From Parcubacteria bacterium GBS-2 (GTDB taxonomy: Bacteria > Patescibacteriota > Minisyncoccia > Minisyncoccales > GBS-2), in the NCBI GenBank assembly GCA_001443025.1, contig LEKP01000001.1:97889-161888 (forward strand): a DNA stretch of 64,000 bases. The letters are read 5' to 3'. Made by a program: the position numbers and the translations under genes. Positions within the stretch are counted from its first letter, which is position 1. Each line of letters begins with the position of its first letter. Of this stretch, positions 34,939 through 44,122 are shown piece after piece. Under the pieces are notes generated by a model, which did no database searches, was not told the DNA's origin, and saw only the letters and a list, made by a program, of their open reading frames with translations.

Positions 34939-35441
34939 GAAAGAAATTAATAAAAAAGTGTAAAGGAAATGTGGTTTTGTTTGAGGTTTTTGAGGAAAGA
35001 ATTGAGAAAAGCAAAATTAAATGGGATTTGGTTAATGTTCCGAGAGCAGTTGGAATTTTACCGTTAATTGGGAAAGATAAAATTGTTCTCATTAGGCAAT
35101 TTCGCTTTCCGATAAATAAAGAAATTTGGGAAATCCCCGCTGGAAAATTGAAAAAAGGAGAAAAACCTGAAATTGGGGCAAAAAGGGAATTGGAAGAAGA
35201 AACAGGTTATATGGCGAAAAATTTAAAGAAAGTAGGCGAGTTTTATTTGAGTCCTGGTTATTCAACTGAATATATGTATTTGTTCTTGGCAAGGGGATTG
35301 AAAAAGGGCCAACAAAATTTAAGTAAAAGAGAAAAAATTAAGGAAGTTAAAGTTTTTTCGAAAAAAGAAATATTAAAAATGATAAAAGAACGAAAAATTG
35401 TGGACGCAAAAACAATTTTAGCCCTATTTTTTCGGGCTTGA
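34935..35441 (+). CDS. NUDIX hydrolase (ADP-ribose pyrophosphatase-like)
   Basis: Nudix box GKLKKGEKPEIGAKRELEEETGY; ATGA overlap with the HD gene. Confidence 0.85.
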   Translation: MRKKLIKKCKGNVVLFEVFEERIEKSKIKWDLVNVPRAVGILPLIGKDKIVLIRQFRFPINKEIWEIPAGKLKKGEKPEIGAKRELEEETGYMAKNLKKVGEFYLSPGYSTEYMYLFLARGLKKGQQNLSKREKIKEVKVFSKKEILKMIKERKIVDAKTILALFFRA

Positions 35442-35556
35442 CTTAATCCTTTAACTTGTTAATTTAAAAGAAAGATAAAAATCAGCAGTCCTAGATGGCA
35501 AATTTCAAATCGAACTATTTGAATTTAAAGGTCGCTAATTTTATTTCATTTTTAAC

Positions 35557-35718
35557 ATGGCAACTGAAGCCTATTGTGTAAAATGCAAGCAAAAGAGGGA
35601 AATGAAGGACGAACAAGTGATTGAAATAAAAGGAAAGGGAGGAACAAAAAGAAAGGCGGTTCAAGGGGTATGTCCAGTTTGCGGAACGAAAATGTTTAAG
35701 ATTTTGGGAAAGACTTAA
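35557..35718 (+). CDS. small zinc-ribbon protein (DUF5679-like), 53 aa, absent from the ORF track
   Basis: Own translation: MATEAYCVKCKQKREMKDEQVIEIKGKGGTKRKAVQGVCPVCGTKMFKILGKT. Two CxxC pairs. Confidence 0.65.
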   Translation: MATEAYCVKCKQKREMKDEQVIEIKGKGGTKRKAVQGVCPVCGTKMFKILGKT

Positions 35719-36137
35719 AAGATTGCAAATTCCAAGAAAAACGGATAACGCAAAGGTTACGAGTGCGCTTTCTGCTAGAATATTAAAACAATCGCTCTAT
35801 TTTGTAACAAACTCTGAACCTGATTCAATGTTGATGTTAAACGTCAACAGGAAGGAGTTACCTTGTTTGTTAGTTGAATAAAGAACAGACAATAGAGAAA
35901 AACTACCAAAACACGATTCAAGGTTCGATAAAAATGAAGGAAAATTAAAAGAAGACGATTTAAAATTTGATGAAATTGAAGAAACCTTGTAAATAATTAA
36001 GCTGGATACAGAATTTAGCAAAAAATGAATTAAAGCAGAAAGTAGACAGGTAAGAATTCGCTGATTTAGAAAAAAGAGTTAGCCTGTTAGAAGCGAAATT
36101 TAATAAGTTAAAAGAAATTTGCAAAATCCAATCAAAG

Positions 36138-36159
36138 ACGCCCTTTTTAGGGCGTTTTT
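36138..36159 (+). terminator. rho-independent terminator
   Basis: ACGCCC-TTTTTA-GGGCGT followed by TTTTGGTTTT. Confidence 0.6.
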
Positions 36160-36258
36160 GGTTTTCTCTAATTTACTCTAAAAAAAAGAGAGGATGTTAC
36201 GAAAGAACTAAGTTAAGAACCAATGGATTTCTGAAACATTGTTATTATTTGCTTTTTG

Positions 36259-36423
36259 TTAGCTTTTTATTAGTCGTACAATCAAGCCCTTTTCAGTTTC
36301 CTTTTTTCTGAGTTTTCTTTTGAGAAGCAGCGCTTCAGTTTTTGTAATGGCAATTCTCGCTACTATCTTTCCCGTCGTTGTGTCTACGTAACACAGTTCG
36401 TATACCTCCTCTTCCTCTACCAT
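36259..36423 (-). CDS. hypothetical small protein (54 aa), absent from the ORF track
   Basis: Own translation: MVEEEEVYELCYVDTTTGKIVARIAITKTEALLLKRKLRKKETEKGLIVRLIKS. Upstream on the minus strand: TGgTATTAT then GGTGAGAAA-ATG. Confidence 0.3.
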   Translation of the reverse strand: MVEEEEVYELCYVDTTTGKIVARIAITKTEALLLKRKLRKKETEKGLIVRLIKS

Positions 36424-36702
36424 TTTCTCACCATCTTTATAATACCAAATTTAATCAATGTTCGCTAAGCTCTATTATAATATTTAAATAACTCGAAGAG
36501 TATTTGGAGAAAAAGTATTAGAATTTTGTAAAAAAGAACATTTTTCAAAAATGCCTTAAACGTTTAGATTATTAAAGGTACATTTCCCCGTAACCTAAGA
36601 TCAAGCAACTAAGAAATAACTCAACATATTCAAGTCTTTGATTAGAATTTAGTTTCTTAGCCTCCATTTGTTTATTTTTGAGGGAAAATCTATACTCAAA
36701 AA

Positions 36703-37572
36703 ATGAGAAATAGAAACGGACAATTTATTCTTTTCGTTTTAGGATTTCTGCTTTCAATAAATTTTTTTGCCTGGCTTGTTGTTTTTGACTTAAAAAGAAA
36801 TAAATTTTTAGAGGTTATTTTTTTCGATGTTGGGCAAGGGGACGCAATTTTTATAGAAACCCCAACAGGACATCAAATTTTAATAGACGGAGGTCCTTCC
36901 TTTAAAATCGTTGAAAAATTAGCAAGAGAAATCCCGTTTTGGGACAGGTCTATTGACATGATTATTTTGACTCATCCAGAAAAAGATCACTTAATAGGAC
37001 TCTTGGAGGTTTTAAAAAGATACAAAGTTGAGAATATTCTATGGACTGGAGTTGTGAGAAACATTCCAGAGTGGAGAGAATGGGTAAATCTAATAGAAAA
37101 AGAAAAAGCTAATATAAAAATTGCCCAAGCTGGGCAAAAAATTTCTTGTAAGAATTGTCAATGGAAAATTGAAATTTTCTATCCCTTTGAAAATCTTAAC
37201 GGGAGAGAAATAGAAGATTCAAACAACACTTCGATCGTTAGTAAATTAACCTTGGGTGACCTTTCCTTTTTATTCACCGGAGATATTTCAAAAGAGGTTG
37301 AAGAGAGTTTAATTTTGAGTTCTTTTGATTTGAAGTCGAAAATTTTAAAGGTGTCTCATCATGGTTCTAAAACTTCAAGTTCTCAAAAATTTTTAGAAAA
37401 AGTTTTGCCAGAAATTGCAATAATTTCAGTCGGTGAAAACAGGTACGGTCATCCTCACAGAGAAGTTTTGGAAACTTTGGGAAAATATGGTATAAACGTT
37501 TTAAGGACTGACAAAAAGGGCGATATAAAAATCAGTTTTGATGGTAAAAAATATGAAATTTCCAATTTTTAA
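36703..37572 (+). CDS. ComEC/Rec2-related metallo-beta-lactamase-domain protein
   Basis: N-terminal TM helix then FFDVGQGDAIFIETPTGHQILIDGG..THPEKDHLIGL..VSHHGSK (ComEC C-terminal MBL domain only). Confidence 0.8.
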   Translation: MRNRNGQFILFVLGFLLSINFFAWLVVFDLKRNKFLEVIFFDVGQGDAIFIETPTGHQILIDGGPSFKIVEKLAREIPFWDRSIDMIILTHPEKDHLIGLLEVLKRYKVENILWTGVVRNIPEWREWVNLIEKEKANIKIAQAGQKISCKNCQWKIEIFYPFENLNGREIEDSNNTSIVSKLTLGDLSFLFTGDISKEVEESLILSSFDLKSKILKVSHHGSKTSSSQKFLEKVLPEIAIISVGENRYGHPHREVLETLGKYGINVLRTDKKGDIKISFDGKKYEISNF

Positions 37573-38599
37573 AACAAAAGTTAAAGGGGTTACAAAAAGA
37601 TTCAATTTGACAGACCCTCAAGAGGTCAAAGAATATTTTCAACTTAAGGCGGGGAAAGAAATTGAAAAATTAAGAGATTTTTTGAAAGAATCCACTTTTG
37701 TAGCGTATCTTTTGGGAAAGAAGAATTCTGGGAAGGGCACTTACTCAAAAATGCTTGCTGAAATTGTTGCGCCAGATAAAATTGATCACTTTTCAATAGG
37801 AGATATGGTAAGAGGAATAGATCAAGAATTGAAAGATAAAGAAAAAAGAGCAGAATTGATCGCCTATTTGGAAAAGAACTACCGGGGACCGTATTCTTTA
37901 GAGGAAATAATTTATGCTTTAGAAAATAGAAACACCAAGACTCTTTTGCCGACAGAGTTAATTTTAACTCTAGTAAAAAGAGAAATGGAAAAAAGAGAGA
38001 AAAAAACAGTTTTTATTGATGGGTTTCCAAGGGAGCTTGATCAGGTTGGCCTTTCCTTGTTTTTTAGGGATTTGATCGGTCATCGTGATGATCCTGATGT
38101 TTTCGTGTTTATAGATGTTCCAAACGCAGTGATCGACGAAAGGATAAAATGGCGAAGAGTGTGCCCAAAATGTAATACCCCTAGGAACTTGAAACTTTTA
38201 GCTACCAAAGAAGTGATTTTTGAAAACGGAGAATTTCATTTAATCTGCGATAATTGCAAAGTAAAAATGATACAAAAAGAAGGAGATGAGCTTGGAATTG
38301 AACCGATAAAGGAAAGGCTGAAAAAAGAAGAGGAAATAATGAAAAATGCAATGGCGCTTTATGGAATTCCAAAAATTTTGTTAAGGAATTCAATTCCAGT
38401 TTCGGTGGCGAAAGATTTCGTTGAAGATTATGAAATAACTCCAGAGTATTATTATGAATTAAAAAATGGAAAAGTGATAATTAAAGAAAGACCTTGGGTT
38501 TTTAAAGACGATGAAGGAGTTGACTCTTATTCTCTTTTACCTCAACCAGTTGTTTTATCTTTCATTAAGCAGTTGGTGGAAGTTTTGAATATTTCTTGA
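37541..38599 (+). CDS. long adenylate-kinase-family paralog (~350 aa)
   Basis: P-loop GKKNSGKGTYS, FSIGDMVR, IDGFPRELDQ, Zn-lid-like RRVCPKCN..CDNCK, plus N- and C-terminal extensions. Start is ambiguous (37541 or 37553). Confidence 0.6.
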   Translation: MVKNMKFPIFKTKVKGVTKRFNLTDPQEVKEYFQLKAGKEIEKLRDFLKESTFVAYLLGKKNSGKGTYSKMLAEIVAPDKIDHFSIGDMVRGIDQELKDKEKRAELIAYLEKNYRGPYSLEEIIYALENRNTKTLLPTELILTLVKREMEKREKKTVFIDGFPRELDQVGLSLFFRDLIGHRDDPDVFVFIDVPNAVIDERIKWRRVCPKCNTPRNLKLLATKEVIFENGEFHLICDNCKVKMIQKEGDELGIEPIKERLKKEEEIMKNAMALYGIPKILLRNSIPVSVAKDFVEDYEITPEYYYELKNGKVIIKERPWVFKDDEGVDSYSLLPQPVVLSFIKQLVEVLNIS

Positions 38600-38696
38600 C
38601 AAGAAAGTATGTTACAAAGGATAATGAAATAAAGAATTTTTTAGCTTCCTTGATTTCAACACTAAAGAATAAAATCTAAAACTAAAAAATCAAAAA

Positions 38697-40514
38697 ATGA
38701 GAAAAAACTTTCAAAAATTTATTCTCTTGATGGCCGGAGTTTTAGCAATGAGTATTTTAATTGGTTATTTAGTCCTTGCTTGGACAGAACCTTCTCAAAA
38801 TCCACCCCAAGGAAACGTTCCAGCACCTCTTCATGTGGGTTCTCAAGGACAAGCAAAAGAAGGTGGTTTGATACTCAACACTGGGGGAGCTCCTACAGGT
38901 TTAATCGTTCAACATGGCAACGTCGGCATCGGGACGACGGCACCAGCTTACAAATTAGATATCGCTGGCGATGTTAGATGGACAGGAACTTTACAAGGTG
39001 GTTCTGTTCCCTGGGCAAGATTAACAAGTTTTCCAGGAGATTGCCCTTCAGGCCAATATGTCTATGGAATAGGAAGCACTCTAAAATGCTCTGCTCCACC
39101 AAGTGGTGGTATTGGTGGAAGCGGAACAACGAATTACCTAGCAAAATTCACTGGCTCCACAACAATTGGTAATTCAATCATCTATGATAACGGCAACGTC
39201 GGCATCGGGACGACCGCACCACAAAGACGATTACATGTTAACGGAGAAATAGTATCGAGTAGCTGGGAAACAGGATATGCACAATTTAGGGCCGTAGCAG
39301 CTGACTATGGCTTCATGATTCGAAATGATAATCAGTCTACCTTTTTTTTACTCACGAACTATCGTGACCCATATGGTAGTTACAATAATCTTAGACCGCT
39401 TGCAATACGTAATTTGGACGGTACCGTAACTTTGGGTAAGGTATTATGGGTTCAGCATGATGGCAACGTCGGCATCGGGGCGGGGTGGCCACTGCAAAAA
39501 TTACATGTAGAGGGCAATGCATACATTAGTGGCAATCTCGGCGTTGGAACGTTCCGCCCAGAGAGACGACTACATGTTTACGGAGAAATACTATCGAGTA
39601 GATGGGACACAGGACATGCACAGTTCAGAGCTATAGGAAATGACTATGGCTTCATGATTCGAAATGATGGTATTGCTACTTATTTTTTACTCACGAACCG
39701 TGGTGACCCATATGGTGGTTGGAATACGCTTAGACCACTTACAATACATGATTCGGACGGCTCCGTATATTTGGGCAATGTATTATGGGTTCAGCATGGT
39801 GGCAACGTCGGCATCGGGACGACGGCACCAGCTTATAAATTAGATGTAGCTGGCGCAGTCCACGGCACAAGCTTCCCAGTTTCTTCAGATATAAGGTTCA
39901 AAGAAAACATTGTTCCATTAAGTAGCTCAGGCAGTATTTTGGAAAAATTAGAAAATCTCAAAGGAGTGTATTTTGAGTGGAACGAAGCCTACAAGAAATT
40001 GGGAAGAGCTGTACCAGGCAGACACATTGGTTTAATTGCTCAAGAAGTTCAACAACAATTTCCAGAGATTGTTTCTGTTTGGGGTGATGATTCTGATTAT
40101 TTGGCAATTGACTATAGCAGATTTTCAGTTGTCCTTTTGGAGGGAATAAAAGAACTTTACCAACAAACTAAAGCTCAGCAAAAAGAGATTGAAGAAATGA
40201 AACTTCAACTAAATTCTTTAGGTCAAATTGGATCAGAACCAACTGACGATTCCCAAAATTTTGTTGGAAAAATAAAACAAGTCTTAACTTTCCTTGGCTT
40301 CTTTCTTGAAAATGACATCGCCAAGATAAAAGAGATAATCACTGAGAAGCTTTCAGCTGAAGTAATTGTTTCAAAGAAAATCGAAACTGAAAGGATGATC
40401 ACAAAAGAAATTCAAATGGTTGATAAGGTAACTGGAAAAGTTTATTGTCTCTGGATTGAAAATGGAGAATTGATGAAAATAGAAGGGGAATGTGAGTCAA
40501 TGAATAACGAATAA
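38697..40514 (+). CDS. tail-fibre-like surface protein with C-terminal S74-type intramolecular chaperone domain
   Basis: N-terminal TM helix then AWTEPSQNPPQGN. Four GNVGIGT(T)AP..KL(D/H)V.G repeats and a duplicated ~100-aa module. SSDIRFKENI..LKGVYFEWNE..HIGLIAQEVQ..AIDYSRF matches the endosialidase/tail-spike chaperone pattern. The DNA is visibly more GC-rich than its neighbours. Confidence 0.7.
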   Translation: MRKNFQKFILLMAGVLAMSILIGYLVLAWTEPSQNPPQGNVPAPLHVGSQGQAKEGGLILNTGGAPTGLIVQHGNVGIGTTAPAYKLDIAGDVRWTGTLQGGSVPWARLTSFPGDCPSGQYVYGIGSTLKCSAPPSGGIGGSGTTNYLAKFTGSTTIGNSIIYDNGNVGIGTTAPQRRLHVNGEIVSSSWETGYAQFRAVAADYGFMIRNDNQSTFFLLTNYRDPYGSYNNLRPLAIRNLDGTVTLGKVLWVQHDGNVGIGAGWPLQKLHVEGNAYISGNLGVGTFRPERRLHVYGEILSSRWDTGHAQFRAIGNDYGFMIRNDGIATYFLLTNRGDPYGGWNTLRPLTIHDSDGSVYLGNVLWVQHGGNVGIGTTAPAYKLDVAGAVHGTSFPVSSDIRFKENIVPLSSSGSILEKLENLKGVYFEWNEAYKKLGRAVPGRHIGLIAQEVQQQFPEIVSVWGDDSDYLAIDYSRFSVVLLEGIKELYQQTKAQQKEIEEMKLQLNSLGQIGSEPTDDSQNFVGKIKQVLTFLGFFLENDIAKIKEIITEKLSAEVIVSKKIETERMITKEIQMVDKVTGKVYCLWIENGELMKIEGECESMNNE

Positions 40515-40643
40515 TCAACGACCAAAGAAAGTGGCACAAGTCAAACCAGTGTTAAAATTTCATTTACTCTTTATTTCTCGATCGCGAAATAACGCGTAAC
40601 TTGCACCTCTAAATAAATTTTTTTGAAAATTTTCAACTATTAA

Positions 40644-40683
40644 TCTCTTACAGATTTTTGCCATGGCAAAATTATGTAAGAGA
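40644..40683. repeat. 40-bp imperfect palindrome TCTCTTACA..TGCCATGGCA..TGTAAGAGA
   Basis: Read directly. Same architecture (9-bp arms, CCATGG centre) as the 4728/5357 palindromes. Its right half recurs as a solo copy at 40954-40974. Confidence 0.8.
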
Positions 40684-40809
40684 ATTCATGAATAAAGAAA
40701 GAGACCTTTTCACTATTTCACAATTGTGAAATTGTGAAAAACTGAAATTCTTGAATTGGATTTTTTTTGTTTAATTTTTGAATATCTAACTTTTTTTCAA
40801 TTAAAAGGT

Positions 40810-40838
40810 AGAAATTCCATTGCTACGTAGCAGTGGAG
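40810..40838. repeat. 29-bp repeat with palindromic core CCATTGCTACGTAGCAGTGG, copy 1
   Basis: AGAAATTCCATTGCTACGTAGCAGTGGAG. Second copy at 46336-46364 with the T/G pair swapped to C/A. Confidence 0.85.
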
Positions 40839-40901
40839 TTTTTGCCCCAAATTAAGAGAATAAAGGAATTAGAAAAATTGATTGCTAAAAATTACATCAT
40901 A

Positions 40902-40957
40902 ATGTTGACGTCTGACATCAACATAAGGCAGTCAACACAAGGCATCAACATAAGGCA
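40902..40957. repeat. 27-bp shared element plus three 13-bp iterons (TCAACAYAAGGCA)
   Basis: ATGTTGACGTCTGACATCAACATAAGG is identical to 56705-56731. Iterons at 40918-30, 40932-44 and 40945-57. Confidence 0.85.
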
Positions 40958-41033
40958 AATTATGTAAGAGAATTTGGCGAAGGTGTTTAAAAATAGATTG
41001 AAAATTTTACTTGATGATATTAAACATTGGGAG

Positions 41034-41061
41034 TTGACTTTTTTTTATTTAGTTTTAAAAT
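41034..41061 (+). promoter_or_regulatory. candidate promoter TTGACT-N16-TAAAAT, 7 nt before rpsL ATG
   Basis: Hexamers read directly at 41034-39 and 41056-61. Confidence 0.45.
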
Positions 41062-41068
41062 AGAAAGT

Positions 41069-41497
41069 ATGCCAACGATTAATCAATTGGTAAAAAAAGG
41101 AAGAAAAAAGAAGATAGGGAGAATAAGATCTCCCGCTTTGAAATTTTCTTTTAATGTTTTAAAGAACAAGCCAGTTTTCTTTCCTTCTCCTTTCAAGAGA
41201 GGAGTTTGTATTAAAGTTTTTACCACTACTCCTAAAAAGCCAAACTCAGGTTTAAGGAAAGTTGCAAAGGTGAGATTGACAAACGGAAAAGAAATTACTG
41301 CTTACATTCCTGGTATTGGCCACAATTTGCAAGAACACTCAATCGTTTTAGTTAGAGGAGGAAGGGTAAAGGATTTACCAGGAGTAAGATATCATATTGT
41401 CAGAGGAGCCTATGATGCTGCGGGAGTTGAAGGAAGAAAAACTTCAAGGTCAAAGTATGGGGCAAAGAAAGAAAAAGTTGTAGAAACTACATCATGA
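41069..41497 (+). CDS. rpsL: 30S ribosomal protein S12
   Basis: [48 protein letters not shown]. The ORF-track start at 41027 was rejected. Confidence 0.95.
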   Translation: MPTINQLVKKGRKKKIGRIRSPALKFSFNVLKNKPVFFPSPFKRGVCIKVFTTTPKKPNSGLRKVAKVRLTNGKEITAYIPGIGHNLQEHSIVLVRGGRVKDLPGVRYHIVRGAYDAAGVEGRKTSRSKYGAKKEKVVETTS

Positions 41498-41961
41498 GCA
41501 GAAGAAAACATAGAATAGAAAGGCCAGTTCCTCCAGATCCTGTTTACAACAGTGAATTAGTTTCAAAATTTATTAACTATGTGATGAGGAAAGGGAAAAA
41601 AACCATAGCAAGAAAAATAGTCTATGGTGCTTTTGATATCATTAAAGAAAAAACAAAAAAGGATCCTTTAGAAGTTTTCCAAAAAGCAGTTGAGAATGCT
41701 GGACCCTACTTAGAAGTAAGACCGAGAAGAATCGGTGGAGCAACTTATCAAATTCCGGTTAAGGTCCCCGATTACAGAAGGATTACTTTGGCAATGAAAT
41801 GGATGATTTTGGGAGCAAAACAAAAAAAGGGAAAAGCAATGAAAGAGAAATTGGCAGAAGAAATAATCGCTGCTTCAAGAGGCGAAGGTTTTGCAGTTAA
41901 AAAGAGAGAAGATTTACACAAAATGGCAGAAGCAAACAAAGCATTCGCCCATTTTGCTTAG
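41494..41961 (+). CDS. rpsG: 30S ribosomal protein S7
   Basis: ATGA overlap with rpsL; [31 protein letters not shown]. Confidence 0.95.
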   Translation: MSRRKHRIERPVPPDPVYNSELVSKFINYVMRKGKKTIARKIVYGAFDIIKEKTKKDPLEVFQKAVENAGPYLEVRPRRIGGATYQIPVKVPDYRRITLAMKWMILGAKQKKGKAMKEKLAEEIIAASRGEGFAVKKREDLHKMAEANKAFAHFA

Positions 41962-41970
41962 TAAAAAATT

Positions 41971-44061
41971 ATGCCCCGCAAGTACCCTATTGAAAACTTA
42001 AGAAACATAGGGTTTATTGCCCATATTTCAGCAGGTAAAACAACAACGACTACCTGTGTTTTGTATTACACTGGGAGGATTCACAAAATTGGGAGTTTAG
42101 AAAAGGGAACCACTCCCTTGGATTGGATGATCCAAGAGAGAGAAAGAGCAATGACTATTATGGCAGCAGCAACTTCTTGCTATTGGAAAGTTGGAGGAAA
42201 GGAGTATGAAATAAATATTATTGACACTCCAGGACACATTGATTTTACTGCAGAAGTTCAAAGATCTTTAAGAGTTCTAGATGGTGCAGTGGTTGTTTTT
42301 GATGGATCGGCAGGTGTTCAATCACAATCTGAGACAGTTTGGCATCAAGCAGACAATTTTTCTGTTCCAAGAATTTGTTTTGTGAATAAAATGGATAAAG
42401 TTGGAGCAGATTTTGAAATGAATTTAAAATCAATCTGGCAAAGATTGAGTGAAAACGCAGTACCTCTGCAATTGCCAATCGGAGTTGAAGAAAACTTTTC
42501 TGGTTTGATCGATTTAATTGAAATGAAGGCGTTGAAGTTTGAAGGAGAAGAAGGATCGATAAAAAAAGAGTTTGAAATCCCGTCTGAGATGAAAGACTTG
42601 GCAATGAAATGGAGAGAAAAATTACTCGAGAAAGTTGCTGGAGAAGATGAAATTTTATTAGAGAAGTATTTGTCCAATAAAGAAGGGATAACTCCAGAAG
42701 AATTGAGAAGTGCAATTAGAAGAGCAACGATAAAGTGTAGATTATTCCCAGTATTTTTTGGTTCCCTCTATAAACGAATTGGAGTTTTGCCACTTTTGGA
42801 TGGAATAGTTTACTATTTACCGAGTCCTTTAGACCTTCCTCCAGTTAAAGGAACAGATCCAAAAACTGGACAAATTATAGAAAGAAAACCATTAGAAACA
42901 GAACCTTTCTGTGCATTGGCCTTCAAAATTCAAGCTGATCCTTATGTGGGAACTTTAACTTACTTTAGAGTTTATTCTGGAACTTTGAAAAAAGGTTCTT
43001 ATGTTTTAAATACTACCTCTGGAGAAAAAGAAAGAATCGGAAGAATTTTGAGAATGCATGCAGACAAAAGAGAAGAAGTTGAAGAAGCTTTCGCTGGAGA
43101 TATTTTAGCTACTGTTGGTTTAAAAAACACCCTAACAGGGCACACACTCTGTGATGAAAATTATCCCATAGTTTTAGAAAAGCCGACATTTCCTGAACCT
43201 GTAATTTCAGTAAAAATTGAACCCAAAACCAAAGCAGATCAAGACAAATTAGCATCTGCTCTTAAAAAACTTTCTGAGGAAGATCCTACTTTTAAAACCA
43301 GATACGATACAGAAACCGGAGAAACGATCATTTCGGGAATGGGGGAATTGCACTTAGAAATAATTGCTGATAGACTAAAAAGAGAATTTCATGTAGAAGG
43401 AAATTTGGGGAAACCACAAGTTGCCTACAAAGAAACGATAAAAGAAGTAGCAGAAGCCGAGGGAAAATACATTAGACAATCTGGAGGAAGAGGACAATAC
43501 GGTCACGTAATAATCAGAGTTGAGCCAAAAGAAAGAGGGACAGGTTTTGAATTCGTTGATGCAATCAAGGGAGGAGTGATTCCGAAAGAATTCATTCCTG
43601 CAGTTGAAAAAGGAGTAAAAGCAGCGATGGAAAAAGGAGTTTTAGCAGGTTATCCATTGATTGATTTAAAGGTTACTCTTTTTGATGGTTCCTTTCACGA
43701 AGTAGATTCTTCTGAGTATGCTTTTAAAATTGCAGGTGAAATTGCTTTGAAAGAAGCAGCAAAAAAAGCAAAACCAACCCTTCTTGAACCTATAATGAAA
43801 GTAGAGGTAGTTATTCCTGAAGAATATTTTGGAGATGTTTTAGGAAATTTGGCAGCGAGAAGGGGAAAAATTGAAGAGACGATAGATAGAATAAAAACAA
43901 AAATCATTAGAGCAAAAGTTCCTTTAGCTGAAATGTTCGGTTATGCAACTGACTTGAGATCCTTGACAAAAGGTCGAGGATCATTTATTATGGAATTTGA
44001 TCATTACGAAGAAGTCCCGGAATACATTCAACAGCAAATCATCGAAGGAAAACTTAAATGA
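41971..44061 (+). CDS. fusA: elongation factor G
   Basis: G1 [22 protein letters not shown]; 696 aa. Confidence 0.95.
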   Translation: MPRKYPIENLRNIGFIAHISAGKTTTTTCVLYYTGRIHKIGSLEKGTTPLDWMIQERERAMTIMAAATSCYWKVGGKEYEINIIDTPGHIDFTAEVQRSLRVLDGAVVVFDGSAGVQSQSETVWHQADNFSVPRICFVNKMDKVGADFEMNLKSIWQRLSENAVPLQLPIGVEENFSGLIDLIEMKALKFEGEEGSIKKEFEIPSEMKDLAMKWREKLLEKVAGEDEILLEKYLSNKEGITPEELRSAIRRATIKCRLFPVFFGSLYKRIGVLPLLDGIVYYLPSPLDLPPVKGTDPKTGQIIERKPLETEPFCALAFKIQADPYVGTLTYFRVYSGTLKKGSYVLNTTSGEKERIGRILRMHADKREEVEEAFAGDILATVGLKNTLTGHTLCDENYPIVLEKPTFPEPVISVKIEPKTKADQDKLASALKKLSEEDPTFKTRYDTETGETIISGMGELHLEIIADRLKREFHVEGNLGKPQVAYKETIKEVAEAEGKYIRQSGGRGQYGHVIIRVEPKERGTGFEFVDAIKGGVIPKEFIPAVEKGVKAAMEKGVLAGYPLIDLKVTLFDGSFHEVDSSEYAFKIAGEIALKEAAKKAKPTLLEPIMKVEVVIPEEYFGDVLGNLAARRGKIEETIDRIKTKIIRAKVPLAEMFGYATDLRSLTKGRGSFIMEFDHYEEVPEYIQQQIIEGKLK

Positions 44062-44122
44062 GCCATAAAAGGTCTTAAAATAAAAGGTCTTAAAAATCTT
44101 TTTTAATTTTAATTTAAATAGC

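Noticed and set aside
38780-39172. Two 64-65-aa ORFs in another frame of the tail-fibre-like gene
   Set aside because: They are Arg/Trp-rich translations produced by the locally elevated GC content, and they are fully nested in the 605-aa gene.
39180-39830. Diversity-generating retroelement (TR/VR pair) in the duplicated module of the tail-fibre-like gene
   Set aside because: Differences between the two copies are not restricted to adenine positions. Both copies are in-frame parts of the same protein. No reverse transcriptase gene is nearby.
44062-44122. Tandem 16-bp duplication ATAAAAGGTCTTAAAA x2 between fusA and tuf
   Set aside because: A short local duplication in an AT-rich spacer. No dyad symmetry or promoter-like spacing could be supported.
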